Positions 29,331 through 39,549 of a DNA stretch of 64,000 nt are shown here, piece after piece; position 1 is the stretch's first letter, and every line of letters begins with the position of its first letter. The DNA comes from a candidate division FCPU426 bacterium (lineage in GTDB: Bacteria > Oederibacteriota > Muellerivitia > Muellerivitales > Muellerivitaceae), in contig CAVTWJ010000002.1 of NCBI GenBank assembly GCA_963738405.1, positions 32,001 to 96,000 of the forward strand, given 5' to 3'. The position numbers and the translations under genes were made by a program. The notes beneath the pieces were generated by a model, which worked only from the letters and a program-made list of their open reading frames with translations, had not been told where the DNA came from and made no database searches.

Positions 29331-29812
29331 GGCACGCTATCCTTCAAAGGGGACAGGCGCTCACTGAAATGATTTTAGTAATTCCCCTGCTGTGTCTCAT
29401 GGCCGCCGGGTTGATTCAATTTTCACAATTATTTCTGGCCCAAAACGCCTTTGATCAAGCTTGTGGGCTTGCGGCAAGGGATTTCGCCGCCAGCGAAATT
29501 GACGATACTCTATTCAGCCAAGACGCATGGGAAAACTTAGGGCCAGACCAAAAATATTTTATTCCAAGTTCAATTGTGTCAGTGCCTTTATCCGGAAGTT
29601 CCTCTACTTCAAACCTTTTAATTAATAACCTCAACGTCTTAGGACCCCTTTTTTCTAAATTAAAATCAGTCTTTGTAAATTATTCGGGGGAAAAGCGGCT
29701 TGTCACGATTCAATTTAAGGGTCCCGCGTTCTTCGGATTGATCTTTCCTACAGGCATTACCTTTCAGACCCAATTAGCGGTTTTAAAATATCCTGAGGTG
29801 GCGACGCCATGA
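29327..29812 (+). CDS. TadE-like minor pilin
   Basis: RG/QALTEMILVIP; ACGLAAR. Confidence 0.85.
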   Translation: MRHAILQRGQALTEMILVIPLLCLMAAGLIQFSQLFLAQNAFDQACGLAARDFAASEIDDTLFSQDAWENLGPDQKYFIPSSIVSVPLSGSSSTSNLLINNLNVLGPLFSKLKSVFVNYSGEKRLVTIQFKGPAFFGLIFPTGITFQTQLAVLKYPEVATP

Positions 29813-30546
29813 AAAATAAATGGTTTTGGGGAACCCTTTCATTCTGGTTTATATTCGCCATTGCCTTCACGAGCCGAGCCCTTATTTTCTCAGATGTAAA
29901 GTTCGATCCCCAGATAATCAGCCATTACGAAATCAAAACAAATGGCCTGATCCAATCACACAAGCTTTGGATTAACGAGGGATCCCTAAACAATCTACTC
30001 CCTTTGCTAAGCGATCGCTTACGACAGGAGGGATGGATTTCTTGCGCAGGGGGGCGGGATATCATTCCCGATCTGTTGCAACTCGATAGTTCAGTTCCAG
30101 ACATTTCCGATAAGCTCCAAATTAAAATTTACCGAAAGCCCGGGTTCCATTTGTCAATTGGACTTCTTCAACGAGAGGGCGAAACTAAAACCTACGGATG
30201 GGAAAGTATTCTCCCAGATATGGTTTTCAACCAGGAACAAGCCCGCAAAAGTTGGGACCTTTCTTTTCCGACTCCTTCCGACGCAAAACAATTGGTCAAT
30301 GAAAAGCTCGAAAACCTTCAAATTGCCATGGTGATCCTGCCACTGCAAAAAAATCTAACAGGCCGATTCCAGGAGCTATGCCAACAAGGGAACTGGGAAG
30401 CGGCCTTATGGAAAAAAGGCGAAACCGATCCAGTCTTTATACTCACCAAAGGGGAAAATAAACTTTTGGCTTTATTGAGCCATCAAGATTCGGAAGACGT
30501 CATTACCCTTCTTCGTTTAGATAAAAGAAAGGACTTTTATGATTAA
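29809..30546 (+). CDS. Hypothetical exported protein in the Tad operon
   Basis: N-terminal hydrophobic segment; overlaps both neighbouring genes. Confidence 0.7.
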   Translation: MKNKWFWGTLSFWFIFAIAFTSRALIFSDVKFDPQIISHYEIKTNGLIQSHKLWINEGSLNNLLPLLSDRLRQEGWISCAGGRDIIPDLLQLDSSVPDISDKLQIKIYRKPGFHLSIGLLQREGETKTYGWESILPDMVFNQEQARKSWDLSFPTPSDAKQLVNEKLENLQIAMVILPLQKNLTGRFQELCQQGNWEAALWKKGETDPVFILTKGENKLLALLSHQDSEDVITLLRLDKRKDFYD

Positions 30547-31306
30547 AAAAACAATGATCCCACTCGGCTCTGGAATCTTACTCGGTTTGTTCGCTTTTAT
30601 TTTTTTATTTCAAAAAGCGTCCGAAATGGATAAAAAAACAACCCCCGTTCACGTCCTAGTGGCAAAATCCTACGTCGCTACCGGTCATTTCTTAACCGCA
30701 GATCTTGTAGAAATGAAATCAATTCCTGGTGAATATGTGAGCCCCAGTGCCATTCGTGATTTGAAAGAAGTTGAGGGAGAAGTCGCACTAGTGCCTCTTT
30801 CAACTGGAGAACAAATACTTTCAAATAAATTCGGCCCTCCAGAGGATTCATTGGCTTGGACCCTTACTCAAGGGCAACGCGCGTTCACGCTAGAAGTTAA
30901 CGAAGCCAGCGGAGTCGGAAATATGATTCATCCCGGAAACCACGTGGATATCTTGGCTAAGATAAGTTCAGGGAATCGAAATGTGACGTCGTTTGTGTAC
31001 CAAAATCTTACGGTATTAGCTACGGGGCAAAAGATATCCACCTCCAAACCAGGTGATAGCGGCGCGGGAACCTCAAGCGACGGCCGCAATAATTACAATA
31101 CGATTACCCTGTCAGTAACAGCCGAGCAGGCGGAAACCCTGTTGTATCTTGAAGGCCAAAATTTAAAATTAATTTTAAGGGCGGCAAACGACGAAGAAAT
31201 TTCAGACCTCCCGCCCATGAGCGATACGGAAGTTTTAGCCAAAATCGGTCATTTTCACACGGATGCAACGCGTTCGATCCGAGTCATTCAGGGAGAATCT
31301 CGTTAA
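30539..31306 (+). CDS. cpaB: Flp pilus assembly protein CpaB/RcpC
   Basis: SAF-like VLVAK; GQRAFT..V..ASGVG..I.PG.HVDI; TITLSVTAEQAE. Confidence 0.92.
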   Translation: MIKKTMIPLGSGILLGLFAFIFLFQKASEMDKKTTPVHVLVAKSYVATGHFLTADLVEMKSIPGEYVSPSAIRDLKEVEGEVALVPLSTGEQILSNKFGPPEDSLAWTLTQGQRAFTLEVNEASGVGNMIHPGNHVDILAKISSGNRNVTSFVYQNLTVLATGQKISTSKPGDSGAGTSSDGRNNYNTITLSVTAEQAETLLYLEGQNLKLILRAANDEEISDLPPMSDTEVLAKIGHFHTDATRSIRVIQGESR

Positions 31307-31335
31307 AATTTTATGATTCAATCAAGGAGCGCACA

Positions 31336-32349
31336 ATGAAATATAAAATTCTTTTAGGAATTCTTTCACTTACCCTTTCCGGAACAGCTCATGCCACTCA
31401 AGAAGATATTCACCTTACCCTTGGCGAATCTAAGCTTCTACATTTGGATACAGCCGAAAAGGTCGCTATTGCAAACCCCGCCATCGCGGGTGTTACCCCT
31501 GTTAGTGATGATGAAATTCTTATATCAGCCAAATCACCCGGGAGTACTAATTTAGTTTTAATTTCTCCGGACGGCGACAAAGAAACCTGTCAAATTTTCG
31601 TAATAAGCCACAACCTCAAAAAAGCCATGGTCGAAATTGGCGTTGAAGTCATGGAAATTGACTACGAAAGTTCGCTTAAAGCCGGTTTAAGCTGGGGTTC
31701 GAACGCCTCATCGGGAGGAACTGGTTCATCCAGCGCTTCCTCAACTTCCATCCCCAACAACTTTACCTTAAACGAGGGGACGCCCCCTTCCATATTTACT
31801 TTTGGAACTGTTAGCCGAGATGCCCTAACTGCAAGCCTGCAACTGTTAATAAATCGCGGAAAAGCTAAAATTTTAGCAAAACCAAAACTTTTGGCTGTCA
31901 GTGGATCGGAAGCTAGCTTTTTATCAGGCGGGGAGGTTCCCTATGTAGTTGATACAAAACTAGGCTCTGTGGATGTCCAATGGAAGCCCTATGGGGTCAA
32001 ATTGAACGTTCGGCCAGAAATTGATGCCGAAGGTAACATTTCTTCATCTTTAAGAGCGGAAGTTAGCGGTCTCGATACCCAAAATGGCCTTTCCATCAAC
32101 AACACTGTTATTCCCGCCTTAAAAACCCGCTGGGCCGAAACAACTGTTTACATGAAAAGCGGCAGCACAATGGTAATTGCCGGTCTTATCTCTGAAGAAA
32201 ATCAGAAACTGACTTCAGGAATTCCCCTATTAAGCGACATACCTTTGATAGGTGAGCTTTTCCGTTTTACAGATAACGAAACTAGCCAATCAGAGTTGGT
32301 CATCTTCGTAACGCCAACCCTTCTCGGTCAAACAGATTCTACAAGTTGA
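31336..32349 (+). CDS. cpaC: Pilus secretin CpaC/RcpA (short)
   Basis: KVAIANPAIA N-domain; AKPKLL..SG.EASFLSGGEVP; GIPLLSDIPLIGELF; ELVIFVTP. Confidence 0.9.
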   Translation: MKYKILLGILSLTLSGTAHATQEDIHLTLGESKLLHLDTAEKVAIANPAIAGVTPVSDDEILISAKSPGSTNLVLISPDGDKETCQIFVISHNLKKAMVEIGVEVMEIDYESSLKAGLSWGSNASSGGTGSSSASSTSIPNNFTLNEGTPPSIFTFGTVSRDALTASLQLLINRGKAKILAKPKLLAVSGSEASFLSGGEVPYVVDTKLGSVDVQWKPYGVKLNVRPEIDAEGNISSSLRAEVSGLDTQNGLSINNTVIPALKTRWAETTVYMKSGSTMVIAGLISEENQKLTSGIPLLSDIPLIGELFRFTDNETSQSELVIFVTPTLLGQTDSTS

Positions 32350-32350
32350 C

Positions 32351-32812
32351 CTACTCCGTCGCCGGAGGGGCCAACTTCAACCCATCCACCAAGTCCCCCG
32401 CCTGCAGGTTGTAGCGGCTAAACCACCCCTTATTCATTTCCAGCGCGTATTTGGCGGGCCCCTGCGAGTAAAAGGAATCTTCTGTATAGGGGGGCATTTC
32501 AAGAATGTTCTCAATTTTCCCTTGGTCGTCGATATAGGCGATGCTTAAGGGTATTTCGGTGTTTTTCATCCAAAAGGCCCGCACGGTGTCATCCGGAAAT
32601 ACAAAAAGCATTCCCTGATCTTCAGGCAGGCTACTGCGAAACATTAGCCCCGTCATGCGGGTGGCTTCTTTGTTCGCCACTTCAACCGTGATGGTATGCT
32701 GACGAAGGGTCAGTTTGACGGTGGGCAAATCGGTTTTGATTTCCTGTTTGCAACCCGCCAACCCCAACCCGATGAGAATGAACAAAAACAAAAAGCGGTG
32801 TTTCCGGCCCAT
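32351..32812 (-). CDS. DUF192 family lipoprotein
   Basis: LAGC lipobox; GLMFR..L..DQGMLFVF; FWMKNTEIPLSIAYI; YALEMNKG. Confidence 0.9.
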   Translation of the reverse strand: MGRKHRFLFLFILIGLGLAGCKQEIKTDLPTVKLTLRQHTITVEVANKEATRMTGLMFRSSLPEDQGMLFVFPDDTVRAFWMKNTEIPLSIAYIDDQGKIENILEMPPYTEDSFYSQGPAKYALEMNKGWFSRYNLQAGDLVDGLKLAPPATE

Positions 32813-32884
32813 CTCTCGAACCCCTTTTTTCGTGAAAATTGATTTAAATTGACGCTTTTTGAAACATTGGCGTAAAATCAAACC

Positions 32885-33877
32885 ATGAGAAAAACCCTTG
32901 GTTTTTTGATGGTTCTCACCTTAGCACAAAGCTTTTCGGCCTTCCATGCCTCTGCCCAACCCACGGAAGCCCAATTAACAGCAGCATACAAATATTCCAT
33001 CCAGCTCTACGGCGCCCACAGGTTCGACCAAGCTAAAGAGATTTTCAAGAAAATCGCCACGGTCAGCACCAACCCCAGCTTGAACGCCAACTCTCTATAT
33101 TATTATTCCCAATGCGCCTTTCGAACCGAAGATTACGATGCTTGCGTGAGGGGCTTGGACGTTTTGGTTCAAAGATGGCCCAATTCAAACCCAGTGGTCC
33201 AGGGCTATGTTTTCAAATTTTGTTACTTTGTGATCAATCAGGTTTCGCATATTCAAGCCAAATGGGATTATTACCGCTACCCCGAAGGCAAAGATGACAA
33301 GGGGGATGTCTTCTGGAAAGAAAGCGTGCCCGCGGGATATACCGCCAAACGAATCAATTTCCGCCTCGGGTTCGGGCTATTGCGGGTTTTGAACCGCATT
33401 TATTCCAATGCCCCGCAGACGGCCGAATGCAAAAAGATGCTCGTCAAGATGATCAACACCCCCCTGACCATTCGCTGGGTGGATGAAAAGGCGCCTCCCG
33501 ACCATTGGTATCATCCAAGCGATTTTATTTCTTATTTTTCCACCGTTGAAAAAAAACATTTTTCCAATTTTATTTGCGAAAGACTTTTTGCCAATTGGAA
33601 AACAGAAAAACTATTTCTTTTCATGGATATGTACGATGACATCCGCAATTTAAAGCCCCGCTTTATCGCCTTGACCAAGAACCTGGAAGACGAGGATACA
33701 ACCACCGAGGCCCCTGCCGTTTCCTCCACTGGAGCCGCCGTCGCATCCACGTCGGTTTATGAAGACCCCAACATGGTCTTCACCCTCTCCAAGTTGTTTC
33801 AAGCCACTGGCTATAACCCCTTCACGGACAGTTCGACAAACGTTGTCGATTCCGGCCTTTCCGATTTGTCCCTGTAA
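32885..33877 (+). CDS. Secreted TPR/BamD-like hypothetical protein
   Basis: Signal peptide; N-terminal TPR-like helices (FDQAKEIFKK...NSLYYYSQC...LVQRWPNS). Confidence 0.65.
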   Translation: MRKTLGFLMVLTLAQSFSAFHASAQPTEAQLTAAYKYSIQLYGAHRFDQAKEIFKKIATVSTNPSLNANSLYYYSQCAFRTEDYDACVRGLDVLVQRWPNSNPVVQGYVFKFCYFVINQVSHIQAKWDYYRYPEGKDDKGDVFWKESVPAGYTAKRINFRLGFGLLRVLNRIYSNAPQTAECKKMLVKMINTPLTIRWVDEKAPPDHWYHPSDFISYFSTVEKKHFSNFICERLFANWKTEKLFLFMDMYDDIRNLKPRFIALTKNLEDEDTTTEAPAVSSTGAAVASTSVYEDPNMVFTLSKLFQATGYNPFTDSSTNVVDSGLSDLSL

Positions 33878-33880
33878 AAC

Positions 33881-34252
33881 ATGTCGAAAACAAAGTTAAT
33901 CCGAATCTTTCCCTTATCACTTCTAATTCTATTTTCGTGTTATTCATTAGTCTTGGCGGATTCCAATGTTGACTCAAGCGCCACCGCCTCGGTCACCCCC
34001 ATCCCCACATTGCAACCCAAAGGCCAGTCCTATACCAAGGCCTTTATTATTCATAAACCCTCCCCCGATCCCGCTTGGGGGAAGGTAGTTCAATATCATT
34101 CAGAAATATCGGTTGATCCGGCCACAAAAGCCAAAGAAACCCTCTACGAATTTGTTTTTCAAGATGATCAAGGTGTGATTCGTATTGCGAAGTATCATGA
34201 AGGCGATAACGGCGAAGGATATTGGGAAGTTTATCTATGGGACCTGCCGTAA
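33881..34252 (+). CDS. Small exported hypothetical protein
   Basis: Signal peptide, Ser/Thr/Pro linker, beta-rich C-terminus; overlaps the next gene. Confidence 0.6.
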   Translation: MSKTKLIRIFPLSLLILFSCYSLVLADSNVDSSATASVTPIPTLQPKGQSYTKAFIIHKPSPDPAWGKVVQYHSEISVDPATKAKETLYEFVFQDDQGVIRIAKYHEGDNGEGYWEVYLWDLP

Positions 34253-36273
34253 ACAAATTAGCCCCGGTAATCGGTTTTATGGGTGCCAAGGGCGGAAGCG
34301 GGACAACGACCCTTTGCGCGCTTCTTGGTCGCAACCTTGCCAAAAACGCAGGATTGCGATTGGGGATCATCGATACCCAACCTTTTCCTTTTTCGGCGCT
34401 CCCGCCAACTCTTTCCGTTTCATCCGCAGCCCGGCACCTATTACAACTAGAGCCTTACTTCGGGAAAATCACCCCTAAAATTTTAGAAAACGCTTTTCCG
34501 CAGTCGCCTGAGGGAGTTGCTTATATCCCCTTAAGATCGAACGACGAGCAGGGCTTCAACTTAATTAAAGGGATCCAAGCTCTATCGGCCTTAAAACCCC
34601 ATTACGATGCGCTCTGGGTTGATCTCTCCCCTCTCCCCCCCGATCAAATCCTTGCCGTATGGGATAGTCTCACTTCATTCATCTTAATTTCAAGTGTTGA
34701 CACTTCATCTCTAGCAGCCATCAAAACATGGGAGAAAAGAATCCTAGCCCAGAATCTGGATTTATCTCATGTTCGACTTGTTCTCAACCAAAACCAGCCA
34801 ATTGCCTCCGCCCATTTAGAGCCAATATCCGCATCAGCTGGTTTTCCCTTACTCGGTTCTTCCCCCTTCCTCGGCGAAAATCTCAGTCTAACTGTATGGG
34901 AAACAAAAGGTTTTCCAACCTTGTTGGAAAAACCCTTGGCGGCATTAACGGAAGCATTAAAGAACAGTTATCAAGGTCCGCAAAACGATGATTTCATTTC
35001 CCAACATTCGAAAGATTCTCTGCCAGAAACGATAGAGATGGAAGAAATTCACCAAATCCATACAAATCTCCTGGACCAACTCCGTCGTCAGGGCTTGATG
35101 GAGGAGGGAAAATCCAATAGTGGAAATCAGCGAAACCGCTTAGAACCAAGAGCTAAGGATATTCTCAATCAGATTTTGGCTGAATCCCACAACCGATCCC
35201 GGGAAATTAAACAAAAGGTTATGGACGAAGTTTTGGATTTGGCTTTCGGTTTAGGCCCATTGGAGCGATTGATTCAGAATGACGAAATCACTGAAGTGAT
35301 GGTCAACGGGCCCAGCCAAGTTTTTATTGAGAAAAAAGGGCTTTTGGAACCCTCTGATGCCCGCTTTTTAGACGATCAACAATTACGAACGGTTATAGAA
35401 AGAATCCTTGCACCAATCGGAAGACGAATCGACGAGAGCCAACCCTATGTCGACGGCCGATTGGCGGACGGCTCTCGGATAAACGCCGTAATTCCCCCTT
35501 TAAGTCTGAGCGGACCAGTTTTGACAATACGAAAGTTTTCAAAGAAAAAACTTACAGTGGAAGATTTAATAAAGTTTGGTTCCCTGACAAGGGAAGCCGC
35601 CGACTTCTTGGGCGCCTGCGTTCGAGCCCGAAAAAACATTGTTGTTTCTGGAGGTACCGGTTCTGGGAAAACTACTCTTTTGAACGTTTTATCCAATTTC
35701 ATCCCGGAAAACGAACGGATCGTCACCATCGAGGATTCTGCAGAATTAAAATTATCCCAGGATCACGTAGTTCGGCTTGAAGCCAGACCCGCAAACCTGG
35801 AAGGAAAAGGTCAAGTTTCAATCCGGGATCTGGTTATCAACTCTTTACGTATGCGCCCAGATCGAATCGTAGTTGGCGAGGTCCGTGGCGCTGAGGCTTT
35901 GGATATGCTGCAAGCAATGAATACCGGTCACGATGGTTCCCTCACTACCGGTCACGCCAATACCCCCAGGGATATTCTTTCTCGCTTGGAAACCATGTGC
36001 CTTTTCGCAGGCCTTGACCTGCCCCTAAAAGCAATCCGTGAACAAATCGCGCGGGCTGTTCATTTAGTGGTCCAACAAAGCCGCCTACCCGGCGGAAAAA
36101 GAACCATTACCCACATTACTGCTCTGCAGGGGATGGAAGGGGATGTGGTAATGCTTCAGGACTTGTTTCTTTACGAGGAAGGCAAGGGGTTGGTGCGAGG
36201 CAACTTTGCCCCGACCTTCATCGACGATCTTCGGCGGGTGGGCTACCAATGGCCCGGGCACGGGGCCTCTTAA
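34237..36273 (+). CDS. cpaF: TadZ/CpaE-like domain fused to a TadA/CpaF ATPase
   Basis: N-terminal [11 protein letters not shown]-terminal [40 protein letters not shown]. Confidence 0.92.
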   Translation: MGPAVNKLAPVIGFMGAKGGSGTTTLCALLGRNLAKNAGLRLGIIDTQPFPFSALPPTLSVSSAARHLLQLEPYFGKITPKILENAFPQSPEGVAYIPLRSNDEQGFNLIKGIQALSALKPHYDALWVDLSPLPPDQILAVWDSLTSFILISSVDTSSLAAIKTWEKRILAQNLDLSHVRLVLNQNQPIASAHLEPISASAGFPLLGSSPFLGENLSLTVWETKGFPTLLEKPLAALTEALKNSYQGPQNDDFISQHSKDSLPETIEMEEIHQIHTNLLDQLRRQGLMEEGKSNSGNQRNRLEPRAKDILNQILAESHNRSREIKQKVMDEVLDLAFGLGPLERLIQNDEITEVMVNGPSQVFIEKKGLLEPSDARFLDDQQLRTVIERILAPIGRRIDESQPYVDGRLADGSRINAVIPPLSLSGPVLTIRKFSKKKLTVEDLIKFGSLTREAADFLGACVRARKNIVVSGGTGSGKTTLLNVLSNFIPENERIVTIEDSAELKLSQDHVVRLEARPANLEGKGQVSIRDLVINSLRMRPDRIVVGEVRGAEALDMLQAMNTGHDGSLTTGHANTPRDILSRLETMCLFAGLDLPLKAIREQIARAVHLVVQQSRLPGGKRTITHITALQGMEGDVVMLQDLFLYEEGKGLVRGNFAPTFIDDLRRVGYQWPGHGAS

Positions 36274-36291
36274 GCATTCTTTTTTTTAGCT

Positions 36292-36693
36292 TTACCTCGC
36301 TAAAGTTTCGGTTCCAAGCGCGCCATTACTCCCAGAAACCGCCCATTCCCCGTTGAGGGTTAGGCTTCCGTTGAAATCAGAAATTTGATAAACAACGATT
36401 CCGGATCTTTTTGGGGCATACCAGCTTACCGAGAGCATATTCCCATTTCGTATTCCAATGCCCGTATCAAGGGTCCCTCCGAATTTCCACACCAGCCGAT
36501 AGGTTGTTGATCCCAACTTGAAAATACTTACTGTCCCTTGATAGGGATTCACATTTCCGGGATTGGTTCCTGTGCATGAATAGTCACCCGTAATATCCGT
36601 TTGGGCTGTTGTTTGTGCCATCAACGGCGCAAATCCAAAAAGCAAAAACAATATTGAAAAAACAGCCACTCTATTCCGTTTGTTTAAGAACAT
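36292..36693 (-). CDS. Small secreted beta-rich hypothetical protein
   Basis: Signal peptide; GDYSCTGTNP...YQGTV...GTETL. Confidence 0.7.
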   Translation of the reverse strand: MFLNKRNRVAVFSILFLLFGFAPLMAQTTAQTDITGDYSCTGTNPGNVNPYQGTVSIFKLGSTTYRLVWKFGGTLDTGIGIRNGNMLSVSWYAPKRSGIVVYQISDFNGSLTLNGEWAVSGSNGALGTETLAR

Positions 36694-36754
36694 AATTGCC
36701 TCCCCTTAATTTAAAATTTCTCGAAACAAGAAAAAAAGACGGTTGAAATTAATC

Positions 36755-37276
36755 CTACTTCTTTTTCTTCTTGGCAGCCTTGGCCTGCGCGGCCTTTTCA
36801 TCCGGGGTCAGGGGGGCCGGCTGGTAGGTGGAATCACCCACCGGGGTGATCTGCGCGATCTCGGCCTGGTACTTGCTGTAATCGTTCAATTGCCCGTTGC
36901 GCAAGGGGAGCGTGCGATCGTCGGCGTCCAGGGGACCCTCGGGCGGGACGAAATCCCCCAAATAGGCACGGCAGATCCATTCTTTTTCCGCGGCCTGATC
37001 CACCCAATGGGTGTGGGGCAAATAGTAAAATTCCTGAACTTCCTGGTAATCCCACATGGCCTGCTTGTATTGCTTGGAGGCGAAATGGGCTTCTCCCCTG
37101 TCATAGGCGTCATGGGCCCTGCGGATGATTTCCAAATTCGCCAGGCCATAGGCCACCAACAGAGTTCCCACGATCGCCAGGGCGGTTTTCCAACCATTCG
37201 AAATGCCCTGGGAACCAGCGGCGGATTCGCTCACAACATTGCTTGGGGACGGGGTTACGGATTCCATTTCAGACAA
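36755..37276 (-). CDS. Membrane-anchored hypothetical protein with TPR-like helices
   Basis: One TM; AYDRGEAHFASKQYKQAMWDYQ; Lys tail; directly downstream of pheS. Confidence 0.7.
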   Translation of the reverse strand: MSEMESVTPSPSNVVSESAAGSQGISNGWKTALAIVGTLLVAYGLANLEIIRRAHDAYDRGEAHFASKQYKQAMWDYQEVQEFYYLPHTHWVDQAAEKEWICRAYLGDFVPPEGPLDADDRTLPLRNGQLNDYSKYQAEIAQITPVGDSTYQPAPLTPDEKAAQAKAAKKKKK

Positions 37277-37290
37277 AGCATCCTCCGAAT

Positions 37291-38313
37291 CTAAAATTGC
37301 TTTAAAAAGCGCAGGTCATTTTGATAAAAAAGCCGGATGTCATCGATATCATATTGGAAGAGGGCGATCCGTTCCACTCCCATGCCGAAGGCGAATCCGG
37401 TCCATTTTTCCGGGTCCACGCCGCAATTGGTCAAAACCGCCGGATCGATCATGCCGCATCCCAGAAGCTCAACCCAGCCGGATTGCTTGCAAATTCGGCA
37501 GCCCTTCCCCTCGCAAAAAATACAGGAAATATCCATTTCCGCGCTGGGCTCGGTGAAAGGGAAAAAGCTGGGGCGGAATCGGGTTTGAACCCTGTTTCCA
37601 AAAAACTTCTTTATAAAAGTATCCAAGGTTCCCTTCAAGTGCCCGAAATGGATGCCTTCATCCACCAGGAACCCCTCGACTTGGTGAAAAATATGATGAT
37701 GAGTAGCGTCAATGGCCTCGTTGCGGTAAACCCTCCCCGGGGCGATGAATTTGAAGGGCGGTTTGTTGTTCTGCATGACCCTAATTTGAATGGGCGAAGT
37801 ATGGGTGCGCATTAACAAATCGTCCGAAAGATAAAAGGTGTCCTGGGCGTCCCGGGCGGGATGATCGGGTGGAAAATTAAGCGCCAAAAAATTGTAATAA
37901 TCGGTTTCCACATCCGGACCCTGGGCCGTGTCAAAACCCATTTCTTTAAAAATGGTGGTGATGTCGTTTAAGACCTTGGTGAGGGGGTTCAGCTTGCCAA
38001 GGGGAATCTGACGGCCGGGAAGGGTTGGGTCAAAATCGAGCCTGGACTTATCCAGGCTGCTCAGTTCAAGGGCCTCTTTTTTCTGATCCAAAAGAGAAGA
38101 AACCCTGTTTTTAACCTCGTTGACAGCCTTACCCATGGCGGGTTTTTCAGCCGGGGGCACCTTGGAGAGTTCTTTTAAAAGCCCGGTCACCTCACCGCTT
38201 TTCCCCAGAAAACGGACCCTAACCTCTTCCAATTGTTTTAGGTCCTGGGCGGCGGAAACCGCCTCTTCAGCCTTTAACGATAAGTTTTTCAATAAATCCT
38301 GCAGGGCCACCAC
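37291..38313 (-). CDS. pheS: Phenylalanyl-tRNA synthetase alpha subunit
   Basis: HPARDAQDTFY, RTHTSP, FRPSFFPFTEPS, GFAFGMGVER. Confidence 0.98.
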   Translation of the reverse strand: MVALQDLLKNLSLKAEEAVSAAQDLKQLEEVRVRFLGKSGEVTGLLKELSKVPPAEKPAMGKAVNEVKNRVSSLLDQKKEALELSSLDKSRLDFDPTLPGRQIPLGKLNPLTKVLNDITTIFKEMGFDTAQGPDVETDYYNFLALNFPPDHPARDAQDTFYLSDDLLMRTHTSPIQIRVMQNNKPPFKFIAPGRVYRNEAIDATHHHIFHQVEGFLVDEGIHFGHLKGTLDTFIKKFFGNRVQTRFRPSFFPFTEPSAEMDISCIFCEGKGCRICKQSGWVELLGCGMIDPAVLTNCGVDPEKWTGFAFGMGVERIALFQYDIDDIRLFYQNDLRFLKQF

Positions 38314-38398
38314 ATGCCTCTATCAATTCAAAATATTCAACTTTGGAAGGCATATTATTGGGGGAGAGGGGTGGATTTTCACCAACAAAAAAACTTTT

Positions 38399-38587
38399 CT
38401 AGTTGTGGAAGGTCTCTGTTCGGCTTTCAAAAGAAAATTCAATTTCCACGCTGGTTTGAGAAAAAGCTAAGAAAGAAGCGATGGAACCCGTCTTTTTGAA
38501 CTCACGCCATAGACTTTCAGGGGTTTGAGACGGAACCGGAAGACCCCGATGACTTTCATTTTCAAGGAGGAAGGGATTTGTTTTCAT
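38399..38587 (-). CDS. Putative small protein with YqzL-like motif
   Basis: 62 aa containing LWREFKKTGSIASFLAF; fills the gap between the TrmH-family gene and pheS. Confidence 0.45.
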   Translation of the reverse strand: MKTNPFLLENESHRGLPVPSQTPESLWREFKKTGSIASFLAFSQTSVEIEFSFESRTETFHN

Positions 38588-38622
38588 GTCTTTTTGAAGT
38601 GTATCACTCACCCGCAGGGCTG

Positions 38623-39441
38623 TCAAAGTGCGGGGACCTTTGCGGAGTACCAAAATAAAGCCACGCTGGCGGCCACCCCTGCGTTGAGGGACTCGGTGGA
38701 ACCTTGCATCGGTATCCGGGCGCGAACCGCGCAGGCGGTTAAAAGTTCGGCCGGGAGCCCCTTCCCTTCCGATCCCACCCAAAGAAGCGCGGGCTCTTGG
38801 CGGTTGAGTTCGAGAAGTGATTTTTCAGCCGTCCCCGCCAAACCCACCATGGGTATTTTTTTCTCACCGGCCCATTGTTGGCAGTTTTCCCAGGATTGAC
38901 CCTGCATGATGGGAATTCGAAATAAAGAACCCATCGACGATCGGACCACCTTGGGGTTGTAAGGATCGCAGGAATCTTCTGTAATTAGAACACCCTGGGC
39001 TCCGAAGGCTTCGGCGGAGCGCAAAAGCGTGCCCATGTTTCCCGCGTCTTGGATCTGGCAGATTCCAAGAACCAGTCGGCTGTTCTCAGGGGGCCAAGCC
39101 GGTTCGATTTTCTTCACGACCGCCACAATTCCCTGGGGTGTGACCGTATCGGACATGTAAGAGATGATCTTGGAGGGCGCTTCAAAGACTTTGGTCTTTT
39201 CCCGGTGCGCCTTTTCCTCAATTCTCTGGCCCTCGACGCTCAACCAAGCTTCCTTGGTCGCGAAGATGAACCGGAAATGAAGGCCGCTTTTTTGAGCTTC
39301 TTCGATTAAATGATACCCTTCGCACAAAAAATCTTCCTGATCCCTAATTTTCCGCGGCTGTTTGAGGGAAAAGGCGTGCTTGACCATCGAGTTGCTCACG
39401 CTTTGAATGGATGCTTTGGGGGGCATGGTTTCCTCTGCCAA
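38623..39441 (-). CDS. TrmH/SpoU family RNA methyltransferase
   Basis: QDAGNMGTLLRSA, GSEGKGL, IPMQGSTESLNAG. Confidence 0.93.
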   Translation of the reverse strand: MAEETMPPKASIQSVSNSMVKHAFSLKQPRKIRDQEDFLCEGYHLIEEAQKSGLHFRFIFATKEAWLSVEGQRIEEKAHREKTKVFEAPSKIISYMSDTVTPQGIVAVVKKIEPAWPPENSRLVLGICQIQDAGNMGTLLRSAEAFGAQGVLITEDSCDPYNPKVVRSSMGSLFRIPIMQGQSWENCQQWAGEKKIPMVGLAGTAEKSLLELNRQEPALLWVGSEGKGLPAELLTACAVRARIPMQGSTESLNAGVAASVALFWYSAKVPAL

Positions 39442-39490
39442 TTTATAGACGAAACAATTATGAACCTATTCACGGCTCAGCTCCAACAAC

Positions 39491-39524
39491 AAAAAACCCC
39501 TCACCGTTTAAACGATGAGGGGTT
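39491..39524 (-). terminator. Intrinsic terminator after rplT
   Basis: AACCCCTCATCG-loop-CGGTGAGGGGTT followed by T tract on the minus strand. Confidence 0.8.
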
Positions 39525-39549
39525 GGTGATATTGCGGATGATGCGGATT

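Noticed and set aside
38314..38620. T-box leader for pheS
   Set aside because: No T-box consensus (GGTGGNACCGCG) or terminator/antiterminator seen; a small ORF explains the space better
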